Assembly (NCBI GenBank): GCA_965213925.1
Contig: CBDCAM010000001.1
Coordinates: 63,738 to 127,737 of the forward strand
Direction: 5' to 3'
Source: Trueperaceae bacterium
GTDB lineage: Bacteria > Deinococcota > Deinococci > Deinococcales > Trueperaceae
DNA: 64,000 nt
In this document: positions 40,226-50,712 of the stretch, one piece after another
How the letters are laid out: each line of letters starts with the position of its first letter
Numbering within the stretch: the stretch's first letter is position 1
Notes under the pieces: model-generated
Seen by the model: only the letters and a program-made list of their open reading frames with translations
Databases searched by the model: none
Told to the model about the DNA's origin: nothing
Translations under genes and position numbers: made by a program

Positions 40226-40564
40226 GTGAAAAACGTTTTCTTTAACGGCGAGTCGGATGACCTTGTCCACGTCGAGGGCTTTGGCGGCCTCTACCATGAG
40301 GTCGACTGCTACGGCAGCGGGGTCCACTTAGCCACCTTCAACGTCCGCGCGGGAGATGAGGGCGTCGCGGTTCACGCCCTCTACGACGGCAGTTGGGGCT
40401 TCGCGCTCACGAGTCTGAACGAAGCCGACGACTTCCGCTCGCTCCCCGCCTGGCCTTTTAAACGCAGCTTCGGGGACAGGTGCGCTTATTCTGAGACGCT
40501 CAAGCTGGTGGTGCCGGACGATGCGACGATTGAGAGAGTGGTCCAGCAGGGTGAGCTGCATTAG
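40226..40564 (+). CDS. Hypothetical protein (phage/plasmid-type)
   Basis: 112 aa with RBS; G.SDDLV.VEG start motif. Confidence 0.6.
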   Translation: MKNVFFNGESDDLVHVEGFGGLYHEVDCYGSGVHLATFNVRAGDEGVAVHALYDGSWGFALTSLNEADDFRSLPAWPFKRSFGDRCAYSETLKLVVPDDATIERVVQQGELH

Positions 40565-40751
40565 CGTTATGAACAGGGCAAAAGCGTGAGCCCGAAGACC
40601 GTCGGGCTGCTCGCCGTGCTCGCCCAACTTTGCGGAGAACGCTGCTCGAGGCGCGGGTGCATTCTTTATAAATGGTCGTGCCGAGGTGACGTTCACCCGC
40701 CGCCATTCGCCAAACAAAGATACCTGCCGGGGCGGGCATTCTGTACCAAGA

Positions 40752-41040
40752 TCAGCCCTTGACGCCCTCTCGCAAGCTCTTGCCCGCCTTGAAAGCGGGT
40801 GCCTTGGAGGCGGCGATGTCTATCTTCTCGCCCGTGCTCGGGTTGACGCCCTGGCGCGCCGCACGCTCGCGCACTTCGAAAGAGCCGAAGCCGGTGATCT
40901 GCACCTTGTCGCCCCTTGTTAAGTGCTCGGTGATGTGGTCGAACACGCCGTCAACGACCGCTTTGACGTCATTTCTTGCTCAAGCCGGTTGCCTCTACCA
41001 TCTTGTCGACCAGGTGCCCTTTGTTTACCGCGTCGGCCAT
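40752..41040 (-). pseudogene. hup: HU family DNA-binding protein with a 1-bp frameshift after codon 23
   Basis: [23 protein letters not shown] then, in the +1 frame, [10 protein letters not shown]...[43 protein letters not shown]. Confidence 0.9.
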
Positions 41041-41080
41041 GTCTTTCTCCTTCGGTGCCCAACTTAACACAAGAAGGGCG

Positions 41081-41686
41081 TCAGGGGCGCGAGAAACACG
41101 CTTTGTCCCCTCTCCCGGAGTAAGGGTTAGCGGCCTCGAGCCGAGCACCGTGACCGAGCCACACGAGAAGGAGTAGCGTCATGTCCCTGATTTGCACGGG
41201 GAAACCCTTGCTGATGGCGAAGGCTTTAGCTTGCCGGAATGCTTCTTGGATGCCTTCGGAGTCATCCTCGAGCCTCTCCGGGCGGGGGAGTTCGGGCAAG
41301 GGCTCGCCGTCGGTCTGGGCGATGTCGAAGACGCGGGCGGTGCGGAAACCCACAACCTTTCTTTCGTCGTCACCTCCTTCGCCCTCTACCTTTTTCAGGA
41401 TGGGAGCCAAGATGGCGAGGCTCGTCTCCCCTTTGCGGACCTGGCGGCCCAGTTCTTGCCAGCGCCTGTAGCCAGCGACTAAGGTGGCGGTGGGGCACTG
41501 GAGGTAGATGAGGTAGGCGTTCCTGAAAGAGTAGGAATGGAACTTGCTCCTGAACTTGAGCGCCTCTTTCCAGCTCTCGGAGTCGAGCAGGTTCGTGACG
41601 CCGTCGTAGAGGAGCTCGAGGGCTTTATTGGGCTTGTCTTGGGGAGCGGGTGAAGAGTGGTCTACAGCCTGAGGCGTGTGGTGCAT
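41081..41686 (-). pseudogene. ArdC-like ssDNA-binding N-terminal domain, C-terminally truncated
   Basis: FHSYSFRNAYLIYLQCP.AT.VAGYRRWQELGRQVRKGE...VFDIAQTDG; no HExxH metallopeptidase part. Confidence 0.85.
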
Positions 41687-41863
41687 GAGGCACCTCCAGA
41701 AAGAAGTCAGGAGCTTCTGGCCCCTGCTCCTTCTCCGCCCGCACGCGTCAGCGTGCTACTTGGTCGTTTTATGTACCACCCTGTGCTGAGGCTTGCGCTT
41801 TAAGGCGGTACAAAAACGCAACAGCGGAGATACAAAATAGTTCCAAGAGGTGTATAGTGAGCT

Positions 41864-42232
41864 ATGGTCAACCTCCTCGAGCACACCCTGGTGAGCGCCC
41901 ACAACCCGCGGACGGGGCGTCTCGACGCGCTTAAGCTCGCCCACACCCTCGCCGTGAGCGCCCCGCAGATGGCGCGGATGGTGGGCTACACCCCGGCGGG
42001 CCTGCGCAAGAACCCCGACTCGGAGCGGCTGCAGGCGAGGCTCCACGAGCTCGTCGGGCTCACCGGGCGTCTCAGGGCGCTCTTCGACGGCAACCTCTCC
42101 CACGCCCTCATCTGGCTCAAGGCGCCCCACCCGGACTTAGCTGGCAAGACTCCGTTGAGTTGCTTGGAAGAAGGGCACGCCGACGCGGTCGAGCTGCTCG
42201 TCTACGCGATGGAGACCGGGCAGCCGCTCTAG
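41864..42232 (+). CDS. Xre/MbcA/ParS-type antitoxin
   Basis: A.IWLKAPHPDLAGKTPL. Confidence 0.88.
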   Translation: MVNLLEHTLVSAHNPRTGRLDALKLAHTLAVSAPQMARMVGYTPAGLRKNPDSERLQARLHELVGLTGRLRALFDGNLSHALIWLKAPHPDLAGKTPLSCLEEGHADAVELLVYAMETGQPL

Positions 42233-42804
42233 TGCTCGAGGGGGATGCGCTATTGGGTGCGCTCGCCCGGGTGCCGGTCCGTCCCGCTCGGGGGGTGAGC
42301 TACCGGGTCATCCCCGCCCGCTTTCACCTCACCGCCCTCTCCGCCATCGGGGCTTACCAACGCGGCGGGCGCTACAACCCGCGCGGAAGGCTCGAAGCGC
42401 TCTACCTCTCGGAGAGCCCCATCGTGGCGCTCCAGGAGGTCGAGGCGGTGCGGGGGACGGCAACCCAGCTTGTGGGGCTCACCTTCAGCCCCAAAACGCT
42501 CCTCAGCGTCGAGTATGACCTCGTCCGGCTTTTAGACCTTACCGACGAGGGGGTGCAGCGGGCGCTCGAGGCGAACCTTGAGGAATTGACCGCGCCCTGG
42601 GTGCTCGAGCAGTCGCGCTTGGGCAGCGCCCCCACCCAGCGGCTCGGGCGGGCAGTCGCCGAGGCGGGCATCGAGGCGCTGCGCGCGCCTTCGGCGAAGA
42701 ATCCGAAGGCCGCTAACCTGGTCATCTATCCCACCGTTCTTCAGCCCGGCTCGTCCCTGCGGGTGTTCGACGACTCGGGCTTCATCGACGCGAGGCTTCC
42801 TTAG
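42232..42804 (+). CDS. RES-domain toxin (intact)
   Basis: YR, GGRYNP, ALYLSE...AL.E, LLDLT, TQ.LG, PSA...NLVIY. The GTG start overlaps the antitoxin stop. Confidence 0.9.
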   Translation: MLEGDALLGALARVPVRPARGVSYRVIPARFHLTALSAIGAYQRGGRYNPRGRLEALYLSESPIVALQEVEAVRGTATQLVGLTFSPKTLLSVEYDLVRLLDLTDEGVQRALEANLEELTAPWVLEQSRLGSAPTQRLGRAVAEAGIEALRAPSAKNPKAANLVIYPTVLQPGSSLRVFDDSGFIDARLP

Positions 42805-42892
42805 CGTGTCTTAAGTGGGCAAGGTTTAGCAGCCACCCTGTCAGCACGGGCTTCCCCGCGCCTTTGCGGTAATCTTGATGACCCCAAGGGGC

Positions 42893-42920
42893 AAAGAGAA
42901 ACACCCGCCAAGGCGGGTGC
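42893..42920 (-). terminator. Intrinsic terminator on the minus strand
   Basis: CACCCGCC/GGCGGGTG stem followed by TTTCTCTTT on the minus strand, just after the mini-HU ORF. Confidence 0.6.
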
Positions 42921-42926
42921 CGTCGC

Positions 42927-42998
42927 TCAGTTCTTGCTCAGGCCGGTGCTCTCGACCTCCTTCTCAACCAGGTGCTCCTGGTTGACCGCGTCCGCCAC
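42927..42998 (-). CDS. 23-aa HU N-terminal fragment ORF
   Basis: GGAGG RBS and GTG start; (M)ADAVNQEHLVEKEVESTGLSKN* is 17/23 identical to the first 23 codons of the HU pseudogene. Confidence 0.6.
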   Translation of the reverse strand: MADAVNQEHLVEKEVESTGLSKN

Positions 42999-43349
42999 GC
43001 TGTGCCTCCGCGCTACGAGATGACAGAGCACTCTTCCTGACGCACCTCCCAGGGAGCGGCTCGAGCGGTGGCCCTAAAATACACGGCGGCGCGTGAAAGC
43101 GGTTGTTCCATTCTTCAGGCAACTCCGTCCTTATGCGTGAGACGGCCCGAACTATTACCTAAAACTATTTGAAAGGCTGAATGAGCATTACACCCTTTTG
43201 TCGCGGCGTCTCGAGAGGCTGCAGTGTGCCTGGATTAGTTTTGTAAAAGCAGGTCACAAGCAGGTATAGGCATATCACCAAGCATGCGGAACCCTGAACG
43301 GCTCCACGCAGCGACGTGACCTCCTTTGCATCAGATCTCCTACTCAGCC

Positions 43350-44534
43350 TCAAGTAGCCAGTGCAGATAAGAATCCGCCAACAAATGCGTCACCAAGCCC
43401 AATCGTGGTCGCGTTTGGCAGATCAACATGGGCGACAGGGAAACAACATACTCTGTTGCCTAGCAGTCTGTTTACCTCGTTGCTAAATGCAGCCCCTCCT
43501 TCGTTAGCACGAAGACCCTCGATCTCGCTGTAATTGTCCGGGGTGAATTCATCCCCGTAATAAAAACGCGTTGTCGCCATGGTGACACCACCTTTAAGGG
43601 CTTTCGAAAGCTTGAACGCCTCGTCGCCATAAGCGAGCGCCCAATAGCGGGTATGTACAACGATAACGGGTTTGGGAATGAGTCTTCGTAAATCCTCGAG
43701 CGCCTCTTTGATTTGGAAGGCGTTTAGAGAATCTAGCTTTCGCCCGACGTACTCTTGGAGCTCATCTTCATTCAGGCTGATGATATGCTTTCTCTCCTCC
43801 AAGATCTGGAGAATCATTCGGCGAAATTTCGGCTCGTAGTACCCTGCGTCCTCATACAATATCAGCGCGTCTTTGGGGAGAGCTTCCATGATTCTTGTGA
43901 GCGATTCGAGCCTCTTTAAGAGGAGCGCTTCGTCCTGCATGGCGTTAAAGCCTGAGAGCAGGAGCACTTTCACGCCTGTGATCAAGTCAGAGAAGCCCTT
44001 GTTAAGGCTCATGGCGATATTGTCGTCATCCCTGTGGTAGATGATGCGGTTTGCCTGGTTGGCGCGGATGTCGATATCGCCAGCCCTGACGCCGCTGCCC
44101 TTCCCAAACTGCACGATCACGTGGGGGTACAGGCTGTCGTGGGTATTGCTACAGACGTACGGGCTATCGTGGGGGATAAGTCTGCGTACGTGATCATTAA
44201 CGGTGACAAGATGAAGGGCCGAGGTATAGCCGAGCTTACGCATGGCAATAGCCGCGCGTACGCCGGTCCCGCCGAGCGTGATTCGTTTCTCGAAATTCCG
44301 CGAAAACTGCTCGAGGATCTCCGACGAGGAAACGGTGCGTTCGCCTCCAACTCCAGCATTTAAAAAGCTGACGATCGAAATGACCAGGTCGCGCTCGTTC
44401 GTGACAACCCGGCTGATATCCAGCTCTTCATTACGGATGCCGTACCGGATGACCATGTTTTCGATAACCCTGGAGTCCCAGATGATTTCGTAGTCAACAT
44501 TATTGCCGAACCCCAAAGCGATTCTTTCTTTCAT
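43350..44534 (-). CDS. ADP-dependent glucokinase/phosphofructokinase family protein
   Basis: G..NNVD, LGGTG, SLNEDE, VVHTRYW, TTIGLGDAFVGG. Confidence 0.88.
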   Translation of the reverse strand: MKERIALGFGNNVDYEIIWDSRVIENMVIRYGIRNEELDISRVVTNERDLVISIVSFLNAGVGGERTVSSSEILEQFSRNFEKRITLGGTGVRAAIAMRKLGYTSALHLVTVNDHVRRLIPHDSPYVCSNTHDSLYPHVIVQFGKGSGVRAGDIDIRANQANRIIYHRDDDNIAMSLNKGFSDLITGVKVLLLSGFNAMQDEALLLKRLESLTRIMEALPKDALILYEDAGYYEPKFRRMILQILEERKHIISLNEDELQEYVGRKLDSLNAFQIKEALEDLRRLIPKPVIVVHTRYWALAYGDEAFKLSKALKGGVTMATTRFYYGDEFTPDNYSEIEGLRANEGGAAFSNEVNRLLGNRVCCFPVAHVDLPNATTIGLGDAFVGGFLSALAT

Positions 44535-44599
44535 ATATCCTTCTCGGTCGAATACACCAGATGACGCGGACGTTCTCGCCCCGCCTTCGCCTCAGGAGC

Positions 44600-45463
44600 C
44601 TATGGGTACAGTTTGGCCTTGCCTGCGGCGTCAAAGAGCCTAAACTTGTAGTGGGCAACTTCTTTCATCGCTGCGATACAGGAGGGATAGATCGAGCTCG
44701 GCTCCCTTAGCGCGGGATTTGACAGCACTTTGCGGCACTGCTGGTAGAAAGCGTCCTTGATGTCACTGGAAATGTTGATCTTGTTGATGCCCATCTTTAC
44801 GGCCCTGGCGATCTCATCATCGGGGTTGGCGGAGCCGCCGTGTAGAACCAACGGGATGTCCACTCTTGACGTGATCTCCTGCAACAGGCCAAGCCTCAAC
44901 TCAGGCTTTCTGTCTTTTGGGTAGATGCCGTGAGCGGTACCAACCGCGACCGCCAGCGTATCCACGCCCGTAGCTTCGACGAACGTCTCGACGTCGTCTG
45001 GGTTGACATAGATGATCTCTTCCGCGCCCGCCTCTGCCTCGGGACCGGTGGTGCCGATGGTGCCTAGCTCGCCCTCCACAGAAACCTCTACCGAGTGAGC
45101 AAGTTCTACGACCCTCTTGCAAATCGCAATGTTCTCCTCGAGCGGCAGCATAGAGGCGTCCATCATCACTGACGTAAACCCGCACCGGATGGCTTCCATG
45201 ATTTGAGCCATCGACGAGCCGTGATCGAGATGGATGCACACCGGGACGGTGGCGTTCACCGCCTCCTCGATAGCCGTCTTAACGAAAGAAGGTCGGAGAA
45301 ACGCCAGCTCATCCGGGTGAATCGCCAGGATGACCGGCGCTACAGCCTCTTCGGAAGCTTCCATCACGCCTCTAAGCAGCATGTTACTGCTGATGTTAAA
45401 GGCCGGTACGGCAAAGGCGTTTGCGTGCGCTACAGCCAACAGATCTTTCATATTGAGCAACAT
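44600..45463 (-). CDS. Class II ketose-bisphosphate aldolase
   Basis: HLDH, VEGELG, GTAHG.Y, LVLHGGS, KINI. Confidence 0.93.
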   Translation of the reverse strand: MLLNMKDLLAVAHANAFAVPAFNISSNMLLRGVMEASEEAVAPVILAIHPDELAFLRPSFVKTAIEEAVNATVPVCIHLDHGSSMAQIMEAIRCGFTSVMMDASMLPLEENIAICKRVVELAHSVEVSVEGELGTIGTTGPEAEAGAEEIIYVNPDDVETFVEATGVDTLAVAVGTAHGIYPKDRKPELRLGLLQEITSRVDIPLVLHGGSANPDDEIARAVKMGINKINISSDIKDAFYQQCRKVLSNPALREPSSIYPSCIAAMKEVAHYKFRLFDAAGKAKLYP

Positions 45464-45538
45464 AGATGTGCCTCCGTTATTTGTACTAGGTTAAATCCTT
45501 AGCCGATATATACAGATAACCTGGCGGTTCAGGCATTC

Positions 45539-46378
45539 TCACCCCTTAACGGACCCTGCGGACATTCCAGTGATGAAGTAACGCTGAAAGACAAGGAAAA
45601 GGAGCAACACCGGGAGAGATCCGAGTACGCTCATCGCCATCATCTGATTCCACTCGAAGGAGTGTTGACCCATGAGCAGTTGGATGCCGACAGGAACAGT
45701 GCGCATCTCGTTCGTTCTGGTGAGGGTGAGGGCGAACAAAAACTCGTTCCAGGCCAACATGAAGGTATAAACGCCCACGGAGACAATCCCGGGCAACGAA
45801 ATGGGGACGAGAATCCGCCACAGGACAACAGAGCTGCCCCCGCCGTCGATGACGACGGCCTCGTCCAAATCTCGGGGGAGGGTGTTGAAGTAGCCCGTCA
45901 TCATGATGATGGCGTAGGGGAGGGTGAACACCATGTAGGTCAGGATGAGCGCCCAGTAGGTGTTGTAGAGCCGCAGCCAGACGATGAGGCCGAAGTAGGG
46001 AATCATCAGCGTGATTGGCGGCACCGACTGAACGCCAATAATCAGCAGATTCAAAGCGTGCTTGAACCGAAAGTTATACCTACTGAAGCTGTAGCCCGCC
46101 AGAATCCCGACGAGCGACGTGAAAACGGTGACCAGTGTAGAGATGAGGTAGCTATTGAAAAAGAAACGTCGTTGCTGCGGATCGGTGAGAACGGCCCGGT
46201 AGGCTGCGAGGGAGAACGACTCGCCGATCAAGCGGGGAGGATAGGCGAAGATTTCGGTATTTGATTTGAATGAAGACGCGAGCATCCACAACACCGGTAG
46301 TCCGGCGAAGAGGGCCCCGAACACGAGTCCGGCGATGACGAAGACCTTGGATGGACTGATCCTGGCTATGCTCGCCAT
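45539..46378 (-). CDS. Carbohydrate ABC permease
   Basis: LDEAVVIDG, WNEFLFA. Confidence 0.92.
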   Translation of the reverse strand: MASIARISPSKVFVIAGLVFGALFAGLPVLWMLASSFKSNTEIFAYPPRLIGESFSLAAYRAVLTDPQQRRFFFNSYLISTLVTVFTSLVGILAGYSFSRYNFRFKHALNLLIIGVQSVPPITLMIPYFGLIVWLRLYNTYWALILTYMVFTLPYAIIMMTGYFNTLPRDLDEAVVIDGGGSSVVLWRILVPISLPGIVSVGVYTFMLAWNEFLFALTLTRTNEMRTVPVGIQLLMGQHSFEWNQMMAMSVLGSLPVLLLFLVFQRYFITGMSAGSVKG

Positions 46379-46379
46379 G

Positions 46380-47306
46380 TCAGCCGTTCGCCAGTCGCTG
46401 ATTCCGGACATAGAACACGCCCACGATGGTCGAAAGGGCCAGGATGATCACGGCGATGGTCGAGGCGAGAGAGAATTGGTAGGAGCTGAACGCCGTTTTA
46501 TAGGTAAAGGTGCTTAGCACCTCGGAGGCCCGTATCGGACCGCCCCCCGTGGTCATCCAGATCAAGGTGAATTGGTGGGTTGTCCAGATAAAATCGAGCA
46601 TGGCTAGGCTAATAATAATGGGCTTAAGCTGGGGCAGCGTGATAAACCGAAAGAGCTGAAGCGCGTTGGCACCGTCGATCTTGGCCGCCTCGTATAGGCT
46701 GGCGGAGATACCCTGAAGGCCGGCAAGGAAGCTGACCATGTAGAAGGGGTAGCCCGCCCAGATGTTAATAAAGATAATCGAGGGCAAGGCTAACTGCCTT
46801 GACCCCAGCCACTCGACGGGTCCGCCCGCGAGGCCCAGCCCCATCAACATATAGTTGACGACGCCATTGGGGTTGAGTAGAAGCCGCCACAGAACGGCTA
46901 TGATCGACGCTGTAAACACCCAGGGTAAGATATAGACAACCCGGAAAAGCGCTTTCGTCATCGGGCTGACCAGATCGGTGTTCAGGAGCATGGCAAAAGA
47001 CAGGCCGAGGATAAAGTGGGCGATAACGCTCCCTATCGCCAGAATAAGCGTGTTACCAAGCGCCGTGAGGAAGTCGCCGCTCGCGAGGATCTCTATATAG
47101 TTGCTTAAACCCACGAATGACGGCGTGTCCCCCGTGATGATGACGTTATCCATCAAGGAATAGTAGAAGACGGTCGCGATGGGAATTAACGACAGCACGG
47201 TCAGCAAAAGAAGGGTCGGCGACAGATAAATAAAAGGGGTGAGCCGCTTCCCCAGGCGTCGCCGTGCAGGCGGCGCTGACGGCGCTGGGACGCTCATGTT
47301 CGCCAT
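46380..47306 (-). CDS. Carbohydrate ABC permease
   Basis: LYEAAKIDGA, TGGGP. Confidence 0.92.
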   Translation of the reverse strand: MANMSVPAPSAPPARRRLGKRLTPFIYLSPTLLLLTVLSLIPIATVFYYSLMDNVIITGDTPSFVGLSNYIEILASGDFLTALGNTLILAIGSVIAHFILGLSFAMLLNTDLVSPMTKALFRVVYILPWVFTASIIAVLWRLLLNPNGVVNYMLMGLGLAGGPVEWLGSRQLALPSIIFINIWAGYPFYMVSFLAGLQGISASLYEAAKIDGANALQLFRFITLPQLKPIIISLAMLDFIWTTHQFTLIWMTTGGGPIRASEVLSTFTYKTAFSSYQFSLASTIAVIILALSTIVGVFYVRNQRLANG

Positions 47307-47321
47307 AATGAAGCCCTTTCT

Positions 47322-47349
47322 GTCTGGCGGGCGCTAGCGCCTGCCAGAC
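47322..47349 (-). terminator. Intercistronic stem-loop after the SBP gene
   Basis: GTCTGGCGGGCGC-TA-GCGCCTGCCAGAC. Confidence 0.6.
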
Positions 47350-47389
47350 TCAGCGCCACGGGAATAGCCTTTTAGCTACGCCCAATGTC

Positions 47390-48646
47390 CTACTGGAAGC
47401 TTTCCGTCCAGGACGCCTGGGCGTTGGCGAGAAACTCATCAAGCGTCAGGTCGCCGTCTAAGTAGAGCTGGAACTGCTCGTCAAACTCGCGCATGAGAGT
47501 CTCGGCCACCGGCAGGCCGACAAACTCGTTCGCCAACGAACCGCTCTGGAAAATTTCGAAGGCGTCAGCAAATAGCTCATCGGTCGCGACGAAGTCGGGC
47601 GTGGCGTTCACATTGCCGGGGAAGGCGTTGGCAATGGACGACAGTTCCGAGTTGGCCTCTGCGCTCATGAGGAACTCGATCAACCGCCACGCTTCGGCCT
47701 TGTACTCACTGCTCTCGGCGATACCGATGCCCCAGGACGCATAGGGAAGACCGCGCAGGCCGGTATACCCCTCGACCGCTGGCAGCGCGGTGATGGCGAA
47801 CCTCAGGTCCGGGTTTCTTTCGCGGATCAGGTTGATATGCGCCAGGCTGTCGACCATCATGCCGACCCGGCCGTTGGTAAACTCTTCGACCTTGTCCTGT
47901 TCTCGCATAGAGAAGGCACCGGGAGCGACGACACCCGCGTCGTAAAGGCCTTTTATGAATTCCATAGCGCTGCGCACGTCCTCGTTGCCCACCAAGTTGG
48001 GTTGGCCATCTTCCAGCATGCTCCCACCGCTCGCCCAGACCCACGACATCACGTCATTCTGGATACCGTTGGGCTGCTCCATCGACAAGGGCAGTACCCA
48101 ACCAGAGACGTTGTTATCAGCGTCCGTCAGCGCCCTGGCGGCGTCGGCAAACTCGCCACGCGTGGAGGGGGGGCTGGCGATCCCCGCCTGCTCCATCAGG
48201 TCTAGGTTGATAAATACAGGGTAAACAAAGTTGACGACCGGGATCATGTAGGTCGAACCGTCCAGCCGGATCTGTGCTGCCAGTTCGCTGTCGTCGTACC
48301 CCGCCTCGCTCATCAGGTTAGAAAGGCTGGCTAGCGCACCCTGTTTCACCAGGTCGTTAACCCAGGCACCGTCAAGCCCCACAACATCCGCCATCGTTCC
48401 TGTGGCGGCGCCGGCAACGATCTGATCTCTGGTGGACGAGTAGGGGCCGCTGATCAACTCGACCTCGATGCCGGGGTTCTGCGCCTCGAATTCGTCCATC
48501 AGCGCTCTGAACTCCCCGGCGGGGAGCTCCGGCTCCCACCACTGGGCGAACTCGAGCGTGACCACCTCGCTCGACTGGGCGAATACACTGCCGGTCAAAG
48601 CTAAAACAACCGCTGTCAGGACTAACCCCATCAATCTTGCCTTCAT
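47390..48646 (-). CDS. Sugar ABC transporter substrate-binding protein
   Basis: Signal peptide, FEAQNPGIEVE, F.NGRVGM. Confidence 0.92.
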   Translation of the reverse strand: MKARLMGLVLTAVVLALTGSVFAQSSEVVTLEFAQWWEPELPAGEFRALMDEFEAQNPGIEVELISGPYSSTRDQIVAGAATGTMADVVGLDGAWVNDLVKQGALASLSNLMSEAGYDDSELAAQIRLDGSTYMIPVVNFVYPVFINLDLMEQAGIASPPSTRGEFADAARALTDADNNVSGWVLPLSMEQPNGIQNDVMSWVWASGGSMLEDGQPNLVGNEDVRSAMEFIKGLYDAGVVAPGAFSMREQDKVEEFTNGRVGMMVDSLAHINLIRERNPDLRFAITALPAVEGYTGLRGLPYASWGIGIAESSEYKAEAWRLIEFLMSAEANSELSSIANAFPGNVNATPDFVATDELFADAFEIFQSGSLANEFVGLPVAETLMREFDEQFQLYLDGDLTLDEFLANAQASWTESFQ

Positions 48647-48744
48647 ACTTTCGTCTCCTTTAACCTTGTTGAGAAAGTGCCTAGGGCCTAAGACGTCGGA
48701 TCTGGTGTAGTTCTACATACGGCCTCGCTTCCTGTTCATAGAAC

Positions 48745-49614
48745 CTAGTACTTTCGATGCTCGGTCGCCCTGAGCGTTCGCGAAACTGCCTGCTCGGTAG
48801 CGTCGGCCCGTTCGGTGCAGATACCGACGAAAAGCGCCTCGGTGAGCGCAAGCATCGCAAGATTGGAGTCTAAGCGCTCCTCACGAAAGTGACTGACGCG
48901 TGTGGCGGTAAACAAGCGGAGATTCCCGTAGCGGGTCAGCGGGGAGTCGGAGTGATTGGTGATGCAAATCGTCCGCGCCCCGCGCTGTCTGGCCACTGCT
49001 AAGGCGTGAACGGTATCTTTTGAACTCCCCGTGTGCGATATGCCCACGGCGACGTCCTCGGCGGTAGTGAGTGCGGCGTGCATCTCTTGCAAGGTCGGAT
49101 CCGTCGAGAACTGGCTATGAAGCCCGATCTTCGTCAGGCGGAAGTTGAGGTCCATAGCTATGGGGCTCGAGTTGCCTGAGGCGAGTAAAACGATGCGGCG
49201 AGCACTGCTCAAAGCCCGAACTGTGGCTTCCAGCGTTGACATATCGAGGATGTGAATCGTGTCTTCCAGGGAGCGTAGACCTACCGTCATCGATTTCTGC
49301 ACGGCCGCGACGGACTTGTCATCTGGGGCTAAGTCCTCATGCATGATGGACATGGGTGAGACGATGTCTTCGGCGAGGCGGATCTTGAGCGCATGAAAGC
49401 CGGAATAGCCCAGCGCTTGAGCGAAACGGACGATGCTTGCCTCGCTCACGCCCACACGCGACCCCAGCTCCGTGATGGTCAGATCGATCGTCTCATTCGG
49501 AGCGTTGAGGATATACTTCGCAACCCTTTGTTGCGCCCCGCGCAGCTTCGGCAGCGCATCCGAGATGACCGCTAACGAACCACGGTTGTGAATGGTTTGA
49601 TTCCTCATGCCCAT
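48745..49614 (-). CDS. RpiR/MurR family regulator
   Basis: HTH (VSEASIVRF...LGYSGF..LK) plus SIS domain (ISHTG, ITN..SPL). Confidence 0.92.
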   Translation of the reverse strand: MGMRNQTIHNRGSLAVISDALPKLRGAQQRVAKYILNAPNETIDLTITELGSRVGVSEASIVRFAQALGYSGFHALKIRLAEDIVSPMSIMHEDLAPDDKSVAAVQKSMTVGLRSLEDTIHILDMSTLEATVRALSSARRIVLLASGNSSPIAMDLNFRLTKIGLHSQFSTDPTLQEMHAALTTAEDVAVGISHTGSSKDTVHALAVARQRGARTICITNHSDSPLTRYGNLRLFTATRVSHFREERLDSNLAMLALTEALFVGICTERADATEQAVSRTLRATEHRKY

Positions 49615-49624
49615 GGCGGATCCT

Positions 49625-49649
49625 AACTGTGAAAACTACTTTCACAGTT
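49625..49649. promoter_or_regulatory. Putative RpiR operator
   Basis: Perfect 10-bp IR AACTGTGAAA-N5-TTTCACAGTT, 10 bp upstream of the RpiR start. Confidence 0.65.
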
Positions 49650-49899
49650 TAATGGAGCATGAAAACCATTGTCAATCCCCCTTTAGGTGTTTACCTGACC
49701 CATTCGATTTTTCCGGGATTCCTTTGTGAGTTCTTCAAGCGGTGTCGGAGCAGCGCGCGCCGGAGCGCTGCCTGACGCTCACTGATGCCGTAGGTGCCGC
49801 GAGATGAGCGGCGTTGCAAGTTACCGGCGTGTTTCAGAGCGTCCCGCTGCAGGGTGGCTTGGGGCCGCGCATCAGGTTGACGGCAGGTACTAGCGGGCG

Positions 49900-50712
49900 G
49901 ACCCGCATGGCGTTTACTATGGACCTAGCGACAAGAAAGGAGCGACATGACCAGCGTGAAAGAGCGGGCGCTCGAGCCGTTAAAGGCAGCAGGCGTCGTC
50001 CTTACAAGGAAGTTGGCGAGACGGAAATTGCCGACCTCGGCCTCGGATGCTGTGACGGTCAGCTTCAGTATCCTCGAGCGTTATGCACCGACGTTAGCGG
50101 GGACCACACCGACCATTCTCAGGGTGGATGGGGGCATCAGCTTGTACCAGCGCGACTGGTTAGGCTACAGCGAATGGCGCCTCATGTACAGCGTGGGAGA
50201 TGCACTGAATCTCGGCGTGAGTGGGTGATCGTTATGACATTCGTCGGGTCCGAGGCGGAACTTGAAACGCTGGAGATTACGGCGCGCGTGTCGGCCGAAG
50301 CGATGACAACCGGTCTTCCGGTCTTATCCGAAGCCATACTTTGTACTTATGAGCGCATCCCAGTCGGATGAACCATGAGGTCATGGCGAGCGCCGCGCGT
50401 CTAGCCTTTGAGCATGGGGCGGATGCCATCAAGAATTGTCACACCGGCAGCGTCGAATCCTCCAGGTACGTTACCGAAAGCTGCCCGATTCCCATGATGA
50501 TCGCGGAGGGTGCGCAAATGACTTCCACACGCGCAGTCTTTCAGACCGTCAAAGATGCCATGACGGCAGGCGCGAGGGGTGCCGTGACCGGCCGAAACAT
50601 CTGGCAGCACGAGAATTTTGTCGGCGTGACGCGCGCACTGTCGCGCTTCATCCACGAAGATATCAGCGTCGATAAAGCCCTTCAGGAACTCCAGGAAGGG
50701 GTTCGTGTCTGA
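49900..50712 (+). pseudogene. Class I aldolase (DhnA/LsrF-like), several frameshifts
   Basis: Fragments SVGDALNLG, GLPVLSE, AARLAFEHGADAIK and AGARGAVTGRNIWQ in different frames; 5' boundary approximate. Confidence 0.8.

Noticed and set aside
49810..49823. GGCGTTGCAAGTTA, resembling an IS6 end
   Set aside because: It needs a gap to align, and no partner end or transposase trace was seen.
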